Of a stretch of DNA of 64,000 nt, positions 39,461 through 53,646 are shown one piece after another. A model generated the notes under the pieces. That model did no database searches, had not been told where the DNA came from, and saw nothing but the letters and a program-made list of their open reading frames with translations. The position numbers and the translations under genes are program-made. Numbering within the stretch: position 1 is the stretch's first letter; the number at the start of each line of letters is the position of its first letter. This stretch comes from Octopus bimaculoides (taxonomy: Eukaryota): assembly GCF_001194135.2 (NCBI RefSeq), contig NC_068987.1, positions 104,330,673 to 104,394,672 of the forward strand. The letters run 5' to 3'.

Positions 39461-39536
39461 TGGTTACCTCTCTTCAGCTTCGGGCTTCCAGAGTTTGCAA
39501 TTTCGGTTGTTAGAAAACAAATTTGGAGTTAAAGAG
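39461..39536 (+). CDS. TDO2: TDO exon: (R)GYLSSASGFQSLQFRLLENKFGVKE
   Basis: ttgctag| and |gtaagt, 76 nt, phase 2-0. Conserved ASGFQSLQFRLLENK motif. Confidence 0.97.
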
Positions 39537-39950
39537 GTAAGTATAATCACTAAAACATAAAAAATGAAAGTTTTTTTAATATCTTATTCTGGGAACTTAT
39601 TTTTATAATTTTACCCCTTTGCCTGTTCTGTGTTTGACGTGATACTCAGGGTATATTTTCCTGGCATCTATATATCATATAGAATACGCGTTCTCAATTT
39701 TTTCAACCTGGGACTTATGAAAGCAAAGCTTCATATTACTTAGAACGTATGAAACAAGGGAGAACTAAAAGTCTGAAAACAAGCATGGACATTTAGGACA
39801 AAGAGTTAATTTAGTCATTTTTTATAGATTTGTATTAATATAATGTTAGCAAAATGTAAATTCAGAATAAATGAAGAATCAATCATTGATTCCAGAATGA
39901 GTCGCAATAAACTCGTTAATTCACTCGCAGTATTTAACATAACTGCTATT

Positions 39951-40121
39951 CAGCGGCATAGCTAGAGTGTGTTTTAACCGGAGTAGCCCTTGGGTCCGCT
40001 GCTCCCCGCCCCAACCTCCACCAAGCCTATACAAGCTTATACAAACTCAAAAGTGCCGGCCCCATAAAACTGTTCCTCGGGGCACATCGTCACACTCGCT
40101 CCACCTCTAGCTATGATACTG
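39951..40121. mobile_element. hAT-like MITE (a related degenerate copy lies at about 12357-12530)
   Basis: TIRs CAGCGGCATAGCTAGAG / CTCTAGCTATGATACTG; 8-bp flanks CTGCTATT / CAGCTACT (6/8 match). Confidence 0.7.
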
Positions 40122-42219
40122 CAGCTACTTTCAGATGAATGTTATTTTAAAGAAGGCTCTCACTATTTACATTTTTGTTCCGTGCCTTTCAAAATTTGTA
40201 GAAATTGTTCCATTTTTATTGAAACACTGTTCGTGCACTAACACGACCTTAGAAATGCACACAGACGGATAAATAGCTTTAAATATGTGGTATCACACAT
40301 TTTGCTTGCTAAGAATGGAGGGATGAGGAGTGTCTGTGGTTTTTGCAGCCCTTTTAGATCAAGATTCAACATTTGAGAGATATTCTTGGAGTATCTTGGG
40401 GCCCAGTTCTAATCTGTACGTGCTGTTCTAATCTATAAATCTTGGGGCCCAGTTCTAATCTATGCATAATGTTAATAAATAAATAGGGCCGAGTGCATTG
40501 ATTTGCCCGGGGGCCTAAGATGCTGCTAAATCGTCCCTATCATAATATCATCTCTACTTTCTGGTACAGGGATCAAAAATTAATTCTTAGCAACGCATGT
40601 GGCATAAACAAATTCAATAATTCCTTCTTAGACATACTGATAGTTTTAATAATAAATGATAAATAAAAGTTTAAGATGGATTTGAAACTTAATGGATTTG
40701 TCGAAGAATAATCGAAGATTAGGTTTTTCAATATATTTTTATATACATTATTCTTTAACTATTTATTTAATATTGATATTCATCGTGAATTGTAATGGTT
40801 TTCAACGTCGTCTTTCGCAGACATAAGATTACCAGTTATTTATAACATTCATATTTTCCTCTTCGTTTTAATGTTTATGATTGCTAACAGTCCGCAAGCA
40901 TGCTGGTTGTGTCGGCTGCGAGGTCTTTGAACGAGTGTTGAATTACTTTACAACCAGCTGCCGTTCGGACTAGTCGAGCATGTTTTTTGTTAGTGAATTA
41001 AACTTTTATAAACATATTTATATTACTAAAATAACATCGCATGGATAGTGTTTCTGTTACACTGATATAAATTCAACAATAATTTAAACTCAATTTACTT
41101 CTAAGATTTTTCCGCAATGAAGTGACTATGGGGTAGTACTGGAAGTGGTTCCGAGAAATCACATGACTGATTTTGATACTTCCTTTCTAAGAATGTTATT
41201 TCCATTATATTTGCCCAACCCTGCACTGTGTGTTTGTGTTTCGATGTACGTTTTATAATTATTTCATAGAAATTATATAGTGAATACGCCCATTACTTAA
41301 TTCATATACAGTATAAGTTACTGGTAAAATCTCTGAAAATCATTCATACTTTACTCATTTTCTTCTCTCTGAAGATAAATCCTGCGTAATTGCTATTTTT
41401 ATTCTTCTAGGAATTTATTTTTATTACTGTACTCGCATCCATATCGCAGCAGATCAGATAGACCAGTGGTTCATCATCTCAACGGTAGTATCCCCGTCGG
41501 TGTGTCGTGATCTCATAAGGGGTGGCATGTTTCAAGAAGCGCTGAGATGATTTGTGGGTGTTTAGAAGGATCATGATTTTTACTAATATAATATTTAAAC
41601 CAGATAAAATATTTATGTTTTAAGCTCATTGTCTTGTGCCCCAGTATGGCCGCAGCTCTCGAGCTGAAACTAGTAAAAGAATAATGTCTCCAGTTCTCTG
41701 CAGCTATTGTATTTGTTGAGTCTATAAATACAATGGCTGTTTATTTCTCTGGGATTAGTCAAATGTTGTAGACGTCCCTGATGAGGACAAAATAAATTTC
41801 TTTTTTTTTCAATGTACGAAGAAAGAGTTAAATTTGATATGTCTATTAAGTAGACATACTTATACACACGCATGTATATATATATATGTATTATATACAT
41901 ACATACATATACGATGGGAGAAACATTAGTTGGTCCAAGGTGCCGAGATTGAGATTGAACCCAAAACCACATGGTTGCAAAGCGAGCGTCTTAACCACGC
42001 AGCTATATCTGCACCAATGAGAAAAACGTTGAAAATCAGTTTCCTATATTATTGGTTTCCCCCACCCCCTCTTAATATATTCATATTTTGGCCATTGTTG
42101 CATTCTTATTAGAATATCTTGCTTATTCTGTATTTTATTCCACTGTTTTGACAACTTTGTCATGTTCAGTTTTCATATTAATAATTTCTTTATCTCATTT
42201 TCATTTTTTTTTATTCCAG

Positions 42220-42333
42220 AGCAACCGTGTTAAGTATAACCAGCAACATTATCTAAATGTATTTAATGACGAAGAATCCGTAAAAATGCTTCAAGATTCC
42301 TTGAATAGTCCTTCCCTCTTCAAATTGGTTGAG
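42220..42333 (+). CDS. TDO2: TDO exon: SNRVKYNQQHYLNVFNDEESVKMLQDSLNSPSLFKLVE
   Basis: ttccag| and |gtaatg, 114 nt, phase 0-0. Matches the RVPYNRRHY...TLLELVE segment of TDO. Confidence 0.94.
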
Positions 42334-42639
42334 GTAATGTTATTGTAGTTCACAGCATTAACGTCTTTAGTGTGGCAATACCGGTAGTAAAGATATGAGT
42401 AAAAATAAAAGAGAATTCCACTGGAAGCCAGCATCTAATATCTGAAGGTCATCGAAGTGAAATATATTTTATAGCATTAACAGAAACGTTGCCTGTGTTA
42501 GCAAGGTGAAATAAACATCAGAAATGATTTTCCCACGCAGAAACTACATGAGCTGCTGAGAGGTTTTGCAAGCTCTTGTAAATATATTGCAAATCTGGAA
42601 ACCCTTCTGTATGGTGGGCAGGTAATTCAGAGTTACAAG

Positions 42640-43350
42640 CGTTTCGCCCCTTAGCCTGTACGCTTCTCCCGAGTGGAGAAGCGAAGAGTGGGCTAGTCTT
42701 CGCTTACGGAAGGGTTCCACTTGCGGTCTCTCATCATATTGAGCTAGTTTCAGCTGCCGTGCCTATTTCTTTGATGGCTTTCTTCAGTTGCCTGGGTTGG
42801 AGACCAATCTTCTGCATGAAATAGCGCATTAATCTAAATGGAAAGCCGTGACAGCCAACTTCAACGGGGAATGAGGACGCATGCCAGCCTTGGTATTTCG
42901 ATCTCCTTGACTGTCCTCTTAGGGCAGTGTGAGTTCAACAACGGTGACTGTTTTTGTATTCCTGGAGAACAGGAACATGACTAGCCGGGGTGATGTTATT
43001 ACTGTCTCCTCTGAGGAGACAAGTCTGCTCCCCAGCTCCACATGCTCCAGTCTGAGGCTGAATGCAAAATAGAAAACGGGTCCTTTTTCATTGCTTTCGT
43101 CTTGGGAGCTCTGTCACCTTCCTTTGGGAATTTGATACCCTTTGGTGGCGGGGACTGGTGTTTATTAGCCTTCATTTTCTGCAGATTAGTCCACTTGGCA
43201 ATCTCTGCAAGAACCTTGTCATGTCTCCACTTGTACCGGTCTTCCCTCAGTGCCCTAAGGCATCCAACCAAAATGTGATTCTGGGTGCAAAGTTACACTG
43301 CACTCTTTGTTGGATGGGTCTTTTTTCTTTACTCAACATTTTAAGATGAA
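42640..43350 (-). mobile_element. RLE-type non-LTR retrotransposon fragment (HERO/NeSL-like), zinc knuckle plus endonuclease
   Basis: GCLRALREDRYKWRHDKVLAEIA followed by decayed ...DL...VVELTLP. The RHD motif after the CCHC knuckle is typical of RLE-clade elements. Confidence 0.72.
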
Positions 43351-44614
43351 ACCAGTTCTTAAATCGTCAAATCTGTTGCGTTTAGAAATATTCTCTTCGA
43401 ATACTAGTTTCTTTATGATTACTTCAAGCCATGCATTATGCATGTGGTTATACTTTGAACAATACAAAATTGTAAAGCTTTGATTAAAACTTCTTTTTCA
43501 AAGACTGAACGAATATTTCTTTCTGCTCCCATTATTGAAGAGCCTTTCTTGAATTAATTCAGCATGCAGAGTTTTAAGAGTATAAAATCGATTACAATTT
43601 TATGGTATAAAATAATCTGCAAAAGAAAGAATGAAAACATTAGAATGCTAAACAATATTAGTATATGTAAGTTTAATCCAACTCTTTATTGTTAAGGCGT
43701 CAGTATTCAAACCAACTGCTTTGGTATAGTGATGATATTTTCGATTGGATACGATCAAATATTGTTACTGCACAGCGGTCGGCCTCTGGGCCATCAGAAG
43801 CAAATGTTCACAGTTCTCAAAAGACTCGATGATTGGAAAAGACACAAATCTGACTCAAGCTGTCAAACAAACTACGAACGATGAGTAGTACAAACAAAAG
43901 GAGAAGGTTCTCCTGCACAAAGTATTCAGTAACCCTATATAAAGCTAGTACGCTTAGTTTGCGACGAAGCAAAAGATACAACTCAGGGTTGAACCGTTGA
44001 TCAAGGAAGAGAGAGACGGCCTAAAGTAGATGCTCAAGTCCTCAAGAGCAGAACCCTACTAATCCCACCTATTTGATAATCATTTCTAGAGATGACAACT
44101 GACAGGAAAACGAAGTATACCGTTCTAGCTCAGAAGGAAACTAAATGATTTCTCCACAATTTTAGACAAGTTAGGCTCCAAAAGAATGAGGAATTTATTT
44201 ACGGTTGATTTGCAAAGGATGGGAAGGTGGACAAAGTTTCGCACAAAAAAAACCCAAAAAAAAACGAGAGAGAGAGAAAAATAACTCTGGCTGTCAAATG
44301 TCTTTTCGTGTATTCGTTATATTTTAGAAGTTTTTTTTTTTTTATTGTGGATAGTGTATGCAAATATATATGGTTTAAGGGATTCTGAAAGCTGGAGCAT
44401 CTGCTATAGATAAATTAATCTAGAGGTATATCGCAAATGGCAAAACTACAGTTTCTTCCAGCTCTTTGTGTTCTGAGCACAAATTCTGCTGGGATCAACT
44501 TTGCCTTTCATCCTTTTGGGGCTCGGTAAAATAAGTACCATTTGAGCACTGAGGGCGATATAATCGATTAGCCCTTTGGCACAAAATTTCAGGCCTTGTG
44601 TTCATAACAGAAAA

Positions 44615-44668
<54 letters not shown>

Positions 44669-44778
44669 TTGGATTGAGGTTGCTCCTCCAGAAAGTAAAG
44701 AAACAATAAAGAAGTGTTCGACACGAGATGTAGAAATATCGTTCATATGATAACAGTCACACTCTTCTTTATTGCTTC

Positions 44779-44811
<33 letters not shown>

Positions 44812-45062
44812 GGAAAGACGATGATCTGACAGAACCGCTAGCACGCCGAGGAAAGTACTTGGTGGCATTTCGTCCGTCTTTATTATTTGAGTTCAAATTC
44901 CACCGAGGTCGACTTTGTGTTTCATCCTTTCACGTTCGATAAAATAAACTACTAGTCAAGTACTGGGGTCAATGTAATCGATTTCCCCTCTCTCAAAACT
45001 CTAGATCTTGTTCCTATAATAGAAAGGATTATTATTATTATGGAAGATGGAAGAATCCATAA

Positions 45063-45251
<189 letters not shown>

Positions 45252-45573
45252 TAATAGTGAGCATGCATTGCTTCAATAAATAGATTCTATTGAGGCAGAA
45301 ACACTGTCGTAAGCCATCCAACTGTCTCTATACAATTGGTTTACCCTTTTCCTTAATAACCTGTCAAATTTGGAGAATGCTTAAATTTTTGAAATTGTCT
45401 CCCCTTCTTATTTAGAGTTCGTCCCAGTTACAACCAGACGATAAGTTTACCTTCTCTGTGACAAGGGATACAGTTTCAATATGCCAAGAATTTAGGCCGT
45501 TTTTTAATATATCGTTATTCATCTTTGTTGCTGATATGTTGCGTGTGAGTTTAACATCATCGTCATCGTCATC

Positions 45574-45575
<2 letters not shown>

Positions 45576-45660
<85 letters not shown>
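45576..45660. repeat. Long perfect (TA)n microsatellite
   Basis: Read directly. It is one of dozens of (TA)n, (CA)n, (GT)n and (TATG)n tracts in the window. Confidence 0.97.
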
Positions 45661-45663
<3 letters not shown>

Positions 45664-45771
45664 ACTACAATATCTTTATAGATCTTATTTCAACTTTCAT
45701 TCTCTTATTTCCCTCTATTTTCCCTATCTTTTCCATAATAATTCGAACTCAAATATTTTCTCACACCGTCT

Positions 45772-45807
45772 CTGATGAAGGGATATCCATGATATCCCAG
45801 AAACGTA
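45772..45807 (+). ncRNA. Hammerhead-like motif, stem I partner lost
   Basis: CTGATGA-A-GGGATATC-CAT-GATATCCC-A-GAAAC-GTA. 8-bp stem II with an A.A mismatch next to the core; runs into (TA)n. Confidence 0.45.
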
Positions 45808-46182
45808 CATATATATATATATATCTTTTTCCCCCCTATCGTTCTTCCTTCTGTTACTACTATATCTCTCTCTTCCTCCCTGTCTCTCGTTGCTCACCTA
45901 TCTTCCACTTCCTCCCCTATTTTCTCCCTCTACCACTCTTTCTCCTTACCCCTCGCTGGTCACATGTGTCCAGCATTACTTCCTTTCTTCGTTGGCTATC
46001 GCCAAGCACGGACACGAACTATTCTTCGTCCCTCTTCATTCCAGTTCGTTGCTTCACAGCGTTCAATATACACATATTTTTCCACATCTGGCCGTATAGC
46101 CTTTTCTGTTTATTCTACTGTTTCGTTCTCCTGTCTTGTTTTCTGTCTGCCACTACATTCCTCCATGGTACTAATTTAATTT

Positions 46183-46282
46183 NNNNNNNNNNNNNNNNNN
46201 NNNNNNNNNNNNNNNNNNNNNNNNNNNNNNNNNNNNNNNNNNNNNNNNNNNNNNNNNNNNNNNNNNNNNNNNNNNNNNNNNN
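46183..46282. other. 100-N assembly gap inside the TDO2 gene (other gaps: 1001-1811, 3213-3568, 6014-6869, 33409-33789, 34582-34888, 59303-59471, 62791-63234)
   Basis: Runs of n. Most gaps abut microsatellites or SINEs. An exact 100-N run usually denotes a gap of unknown size. Confidence 0.98.
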
Positions 46283-46696
46283 TTAAAGCTCATGGTCCAG
46301 AGTTGAATCTGTGCCATAAACACTTTGTTTATTTGGAAAAATATAGAGTTTTGTTTAACCCAATGAACATAACTACATATAATCTTCACCACTACCATTT
46401 ATTTATAACTGACTGATTATTTTGTATTATAGATGGTTCATTCATAAATCTTGTTTGAATTATTTGTATGTATAGAAATATTAAATGTTATAGACTTTAA
46501 CCTTATTATGCCTGCTTTTTGACTATATTGTAAAAATAATTTGTAATCCCTTCAAATACAATCTATTTCCTTATGGGAATAAAAGTGACAAGTACTGTTT
46601 ATTGTTGAATAAACAGTTCAGGTAATTGCATGGAATTATACCTATTCGGTGTAGCAGAATTATTGATACCTGATGTATACAAACCATATTCTTTTT

Positions 46697-47110
46697 TACT
46701 CTAGGCACAAGGGTTGAAATTTTTTGGTAGGGGGCCAGTCAATTAAATCGACCCCAGTGTGCAACTGGTACTTAATTTATTGACCCCCAAAAGGATAAAA
46801 GGCAAAGTCGACCTTGGCAGAATCTGAACTCAGAATGTAAAGACAGACGAAATACCGTTAAGCATTTCGCCTGGCATGCTAACGTTTCCTATTTCTTTAT
46901 TGCCCACAAGGGGCTAAACATAGAGGGGACAAACAAGGACAGACAAAGGGATTAATCTATTACATCGACCCCAGTGAGTAACTGGTACTTAATTTATCGA
47001 CCCCGAAAGGATGAAAGACAAAGTCGACCTCAGCGGAATTTGAACTCAGAATGAAATACTGCTAAGCATTTTGCCCGGCGTGCTAACATTTCTGCCAGCT
47101 TGCTGTCTTA
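46697..47110 (-). mobile_element. Two tandem or nested SINE-B copies
   Basis: A copy with a ...GTGGGCAATAAAGAAATAG tail (46891-47110) abuts a second copy that lacks the first ~20 nt of the head (46697-46890). Confidence 0.85.
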
Positions 47111-48102
47111 TTATACAAACCATATTACAATGAATGTTTTATGGATACTCACTTGATGCTTTATTGGGAGTAACTACCAATGAAAACATTAAAAAAAAAA
47201 TAAAGAAACAATATGCTACAATGCAGAATACTATGGCCTGGGTAACAGAAAAGAGTCTAAATAAATAATTGACAGATAAAGGGTATCTCTCAAGGAAGAG
47301 ATTTCCACTAGATGGTGAATCATCATCATCATCATCATCCAGTGTTTTAAATCTGGGTTTTGTCCCCGTTAATGGGGGTTGCTGGATCTACCTCAATGCC
47401 ATAGCAACCGAGGTAGACAGGTGCAACCCATCCCAACCTTTGGACTGGCTGGTGCCCACTCTCCTTTGCTATCATGTGGCTTTTTTGGAGCTGGATTTTC
47501 TACAAGGAGCATGCCCTTGCTTACCCCCAACCTCAGTTTCTAGATGTGAGTGGGCCCGAGACCAAGTCCTCTACTACGATTTTTACAAAATGTCATAGAA
47601 AACTAGCTTAGGAAGGCAGGGACACTACTCCCTGAGACCCCCTTTCAGAGCCCCACTACCTGAGTACCTGTGCATAAGTTTAACCTGGAAAGGTCATTGC
47701 ACACCAGTCATCATCAGACAGAGCCCATAATGAGAACCAAAATCAAGATTCAATTGCAAGGTAGTCATCAAGTATTGGTGATGGGGACCAGTCTTTGGTT
47801 GCGTGCTGGTGTGGCTTTTAAAGACCAATGGGAGTTGAACTTATTGCTACAAACTTAAAAAATACTTGTTGAATTTTGCCTTATTGTCGCTGCTAATAAT
47901 GGCAAGTTTTTTCCCCCAACTTGTAATACTCTCACTTTCACTTCAGATAGATTGGTCTTTTTGATCCACCTATTTAAGTGTATTGTAAAAACTTCCAAAA
48001 TAATGTATTGATGATAAGAGAAATCAGACTGTCAGTTCTTGGTTAGTTGCTTGGTGTGTCTGTCAATTTCATCAACTATGACAGACGATAAATATCAGTA
48101 GA

Positions 48103-48462
48103 CGATGAGGGTTCCAGTTGATCCGATCAACGGAACAGTCTGCTCGTGAAATTAGCGTGCAAGTGGCTGAGCACTCCACAGACACGTGTACCCTTAACGT
48201 AGTTCTCGGGGATATTCAGCGTGACATAGTGTGACAAGGCTGGTCCTTTGAAATACAGGTACAACAGAAACAGGAAGAAAGTGTGAGAGAAAGTTGTGGT
48301 GAATGAGTACAGCAGGGTTCGCCACCATCCCCTGCCAGAGCCTCGTGAAACTTTTAGTTGTTTTCGCTCAATAAACACTCACAATGCCCTGTCTGGGAAT
48401 CGAAACTGCGATCCTACGACCATGAGTCTGCTGCCCTAACCACTGGGCCATTGCTCCTCCAC
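48103..48462 (-). mobile_element. SINE family C with TSD
   Basis: Same family as 56441-56755; flanks AAATATCAGTAGA / AAATATTAGTAGA (12/13). Further partial or diverged copies at about 2430-2745 and 17650-17800. Confidence 0.9.
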
Positions 48463-48769
48463 AAATATTAGTAGATTGGATGTTAAAGATGGAGGATTAA
48501 AATTATTATAAGTTGTGATCTACAAATAGATAAGTAGACAGGAAAATAATTCTGGATAATTATTTTGTTAAGTGATCAAATAAAATAGTTTATTAGTTGG
48601 ATGAGTAAATAAAACAAGAACAAAATATTTTAATAATGTTTTATTGATGCTATTTATATTCTATATTCATATGAAGATCATCAAATTATGCCAAAATCAA
48701 ATCCAAGAATACAAACTTTTCTCTTATAAGATAATAAATTTGTCCTTTGTTTTTCTTTCTGTCTTATAG

Positions 48770-48824
48770 GAAAATTTCGATTCAATATTTTCTGATGAAA
48801 TTCATGCAAAATATCTTGAAAGAG
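48770..48824 (+). CDS. TDO2: TDO exon: ENFDSIFSDEIHAKYLER(G)
   Basis: tcttatag| and |gtaaac, 55 nt, phase 0-1. Aligns to EVLLSLFDEKRHEHLLSKG and joins the next exon in frame. Confidence 0.9.
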
Positions 48825-49249
48825 GTAAACATCACTCCATTAATTTTTATATATTCACTAATTCCTGTCAAAATATTTTCAGAAATTTTGTACTGGTTCT
48901 CTTGAATTTAAAAAACAATTTAAGCAGTTTATTTTTAACAGTAGAGTAGCTTTTCTCTTTCTATTCTTTACATTTGATTTTAACTCCAATTTTAGTTAGT
49001 TCATTATCTCACACAGATGTTGTTCATAAAGTAAAACAAACACTTTTTCTGCACTTACATGCAAATACCAAAGCACTAACTCTTGAGTTTCAAGTAGAGT
49101 TCTGAGAGATTATGCTGAAATTCAAACTATTGAATTGTGGTTGCAGTGATGTTACAAAGGCAGAGCAGCTACAATGACGATAACCCTGGATAAAAACTTT
49201 GAAAAGAAATGAACATATATATGCATATTTAATGCAATATATATATATT

Positions 49250-49643
49250 GCACAGGAGTGGCTGTGTGGTAAGTGGCTTGCTTACCAACCACATGGTTCC
49301 GTTTTCAGTCTCACTGCGTGGCACCTTGAGCAAGTGTCTTCTACTTATAGCCTCGGGCTGACCAAAGCCTTGTGAGTGGATTTGGTAGACGGAAACTGAA
49401 AGAAGCTCGTCGTATATATGTATATGTATATATGTGTATTTGTGTGTCTGTGTTTATCTCCCCAACATCGCTTGACAACCTGGTGTGTTTATGTCCCCAT
49501 AACTTAACAGTTCGACAAAAGAGACCCATAGATTAAGTACTAAGCTTACAAAGAATAAGTCCTGGGGTCGATTTGCTCGACTAAAGGCGGTGCCCCAGCA
49601 TAGCCGCAGTCAAATGACTGAAACAAGTAAAAGAGTAAAAGAG
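49250..49643 (+). mobile_element. SINE family A, full-length ungapped copy
   Basis: Same head, microsatellite and tail organisation as 59119-59680. Confidence 0.9.
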
Positions 49644-51393
49644 TATATAACGAAACGATATGCGTATTTAATGCAAGGTTTGTTAAAAAATGTTGAAGCA
49701 TAATGACAATGAGGAAAAAGTTGATTAATATATTTTCTAAAATATGGGAGATAACTCAGGCAGACAAATAATTTAAGTCGGTGTTATCATTGCAGTAAAA
49801 TGTAGCTAGATGTAAGCATATCTGATCCCATTATATATTACTTTACCTTTTTAATGCTCCATCCATTAAGTATACTAGTAGCTATTTATCTTCTTGCTAC
49901 TGTTTAGCCAAAGGTCAACTCAGTAGACCTATGGTCTCAGGTGTTCCATTTGTGAATATCTTGTCTTTGCATGTCAGAGAGTACGTTGATCAATGAATGT
50001 ATCTCTGTTTAAGATGGGAAGGTGTGATTTGAGACTAATCTGCCTATTATTTCTTGTAGGTCAAGAGTCTTCCTTGTTGGCTCATACTTATTAATCATGT
50101 GGATTATCTCTTAGAATTATTTGGTTCTTAAAATAGGTTGATGTAAACAGTCCTAAAAGACTCCAAGAAATTATTGATAAAATCTACTATAGATTGCCAT
50201 GCAGTATTCAGAAAGATCTCTTGTGTTTCTCACAAGCAAGCATAAAACCTGGAAAGAAGTTTTTTTTAAAAGATAAATCTAAGTGGATTAACAAACTCGA
50301 AAGATTGAAGGAGAAAATATATATTATTGTGCTGCATACCTTCATATTTTGAGCTTAAAAAGTTTAAAAAAATAAATATATAAATAAAAATAGTCATTAC
50401 GATGAAATTAATTTTCATCCAAACTGCTTCACGATGCTGTTGATGATGATTATGATGATGATATTCCCCCCAAAATAACGTGTTATTCTGAAAATAATTT
50501 TATAGGTGTATGCATGACGGTGTGGTTACAGAGCTCAGATTGCAACCACATGCTTTTGGGTTCAGTCCTACTGGGTGGTGCTTTGGGCAGTTGTCTTCTA
50601 TTATAACCTTGAATCTACCAATGCTTTGTGAGTGAATGTAGTGGCTGACAACAGTGCAGAAACTCATTATATATATAATTGTTATTTGTGATGAAACAGT
50701 AATAGTTCAAAGCAGCATTTTGTATATCTTAACATGGATATACTGTAGAAAGCCACAAAACTGTAGTACTCATCTCGAGACAGCATCTTGTATAGATGTA
50801 TAGTGCTATAAAGCACTGAGGTATATCAGTAGTAGACAAAAAGTGTTCAGTGGTGGAATTGTTAAATCTAGATTTCTGCTTTTTTTTTTACATATCATCA
50901 GAAGCAAGGATTCACTAGCAACCACAGACTTAGACAAATAGTTCAACCCTCATTGATATGTTAAAATCTAAAGAAAGGTTTTTAAGTAGCAAACTGCAAG
51001 AATTTATCATGTGAGAAGAAACTAACCCAAATGAAGGATTACAGAGATATGAACAAGTATAATAGAAATGTCAAAAGAAATTACAATTCTGAACATATTA
51101 AAAATAAAACAAAAGAAAAATCACATAAAACCAATTGTAATTCTTCGAAATTTTCGAATGAGGCTAGCAATTTTGAGGAGAGGGGCTTTGTTGATTACAC
51201 CAACCCTTGCATTTGACTGGTTCTTTATTTCATCGTCTCTAGAGGAATGAAATGCAAAGCTGACCCCAGCAGAATTTGAACTCAGAACATAACTAATCAG
51301 AAGAAATACATAACAGTAATTTCTTCAAAGCAATTGCTCTCATAATCTGAAATTTTAACATCTCAATGCTTTTTGACAAATTTTATCAATTTA

Positions 51394-51435
<42 letters not shown>

Positions 51436-51656
51436 CTCGATCATTTTTTTTTTTAATAAATAATTTTGGTAACATTTAGAATTGGATGCTAGTGAAAAAT
51501 TAACTAATGATGAATTGATCTGAATTGACCAAACATCTTGAGTACTATGTTGATTGAAATTCCAATTGATTGAGACCTGTGCCTAAGTAAGAAATCAATA
51601 TTGCAATAAAATTCTTTTAAATTTGTGTAGAAATAGTGAATGTAAAATAGAACTAA

Positions 51657-51836
<180 letters not shown>

Positions 51837-52007
51837 TAGAAGACAAGATTGAAGTGCATAAAGTGTTGTACAAATCTTATTGAAAGTTATTTTCTCTGTG
51901 GACATTCATTCACTTAAATATAATATTGTATTTGACATATCTTTTCAAAAATTTTATATATCCACTGAGGCATTAAACTCACATATCTAATCATAAAATA
52001 TCTCTCT

Positions 52008-52044
<37 letters not shown>

Positions 52045-52062
52045 ATGTACATACATACATCA

Positions 52063-52620
52063 TGTTTCTGTGGAAGACATTACGCATGTGATTAGCAGCT
52101 GTCCTAAAATGTCGTCACGGTACTACCTCTCTATGCCACACGATGTTGTTGCTATCCGCAAAATAGGCTGTCCTGAAATAAACTTAGAAAACCCCTCTAT
52201 TATGGAATACATTCATAAACACCAATTCAAGGAATACTGGTGGAATATTCCCATCAAAACTCCAGTCAAATGTAAGCATAACATGCCGGATATTGTTGTT
52301 TGGGACAGAGAGGCAAAGGTATGTACCATCATAGAGGTTGGCTGCCCTGCAGATATAAATATCTCTTTGAAAATCAAAGGAAAAGAGGATATCTATTGAA
52401 AACCGCTTCGAAACCTCCAGCTTCTATATCCAGACTATGAATTCATATTCAAACCAATAATAATTGGAGCACTAGGTTTTGTTAGTAAATGCTTAAAGGA
52501 AAATCTGGATAAACTGGGATTTTGAGAAATTGAAATTGACCGATGATTTGTACAAGTCCAAACTGTGAGTGGAACAATAAAATTTGCAAGACTTTTCTCA
52601 AGTTCCAAAAATGAATTTGT
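52063..52620 (+). mobile_element. RLE-type non-LTR retrotransposon 3' fragment (R4/NeSL-like)
   Basis: EDITHVISSCP...HD...KHNMPDIVVWDR...IIEVGCPADINI..K..K..Y...PIIIGALG matches PD-(D/E)xK restriction-like endonuclease motifs; in-frame stops are present. Confidence 0.85.
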
Positions 52621-52722
52621 CTGTGTTAACTACATCCCAAAGATGAAGCCTTGTATCTTTGCTAGAAACTGGTCCCCTCCTCAGTGGAAGATTTATAATA
52701 ACTAAAAAAATAGAAGAGAACT

Positions 52723-52765
<43 letters not shown>

Positions 52766-53484
52766 ACACCACACACACAGAGCTAATGTAAATTTATATA
52801 TCTCATACATCGAGAGTGTATGGACAGGTTTCCTCACTGACAGGCCTCTGATATAGTGCTAAACACTTATACTATGTGAATTAGTAGCATTATTTCTCTG
52901 GAGGTACTAGATTTTGTGTGTATATAAGCAGATTGGTTGCTTGTTTCTTTGAGATTGGTTGAATGATGCCGCTGATGTGATGCCACTGAAGGTCAAAAAT
53001 TGATTGAGATTGTTTACCATTTTTAATATGCAATCTACAGAGAAATAGATGAATTTGCACTGAATTGCATTGTATTTGTTGTGGGGAGGCATATCTAAGT
53101 CATTATATTTAACATTGCCACTCAGTCCTTGGTTATTTTTAGTAGAATCCAGAGTATTGCAAGAATTCAGAGCAGATGTTTGGCCTGAGGATAATACATG
53201 AATTGTGTTTTAATTTTCTGTCTGCTTCCACACCAGTCTTGGAAGTCTGCAGAAATGATTACGGGTACTGCAAACTCCCTCTTCCAACAAAACCATGTCT
53301 CAAAATCTGAAACCATATCATCAAATTTACTCTAGTTGAGTGCACAAAAGTCTGTAAAGTACTGCCCACTATTGAAGTTGTACAACAGCAACAAGTACAC
53401 TGTACTTCAATTTTATCATGAACAAAAAAAGACTGGTTTACATTGAAATTATATTGTTAACTGATTTTTTTTGTTTTATTTTAA

Positions 53485-53646
<162 letters not shown>

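Noticed and set aside
48791-48800. CTGATGA inside a TDO exon; similar isolated heptamers at about 1970, 2829, 16435, 22987, 47706 and 50897
   Set aside because: No properly placed stem II plus GAAA core; chance matches.
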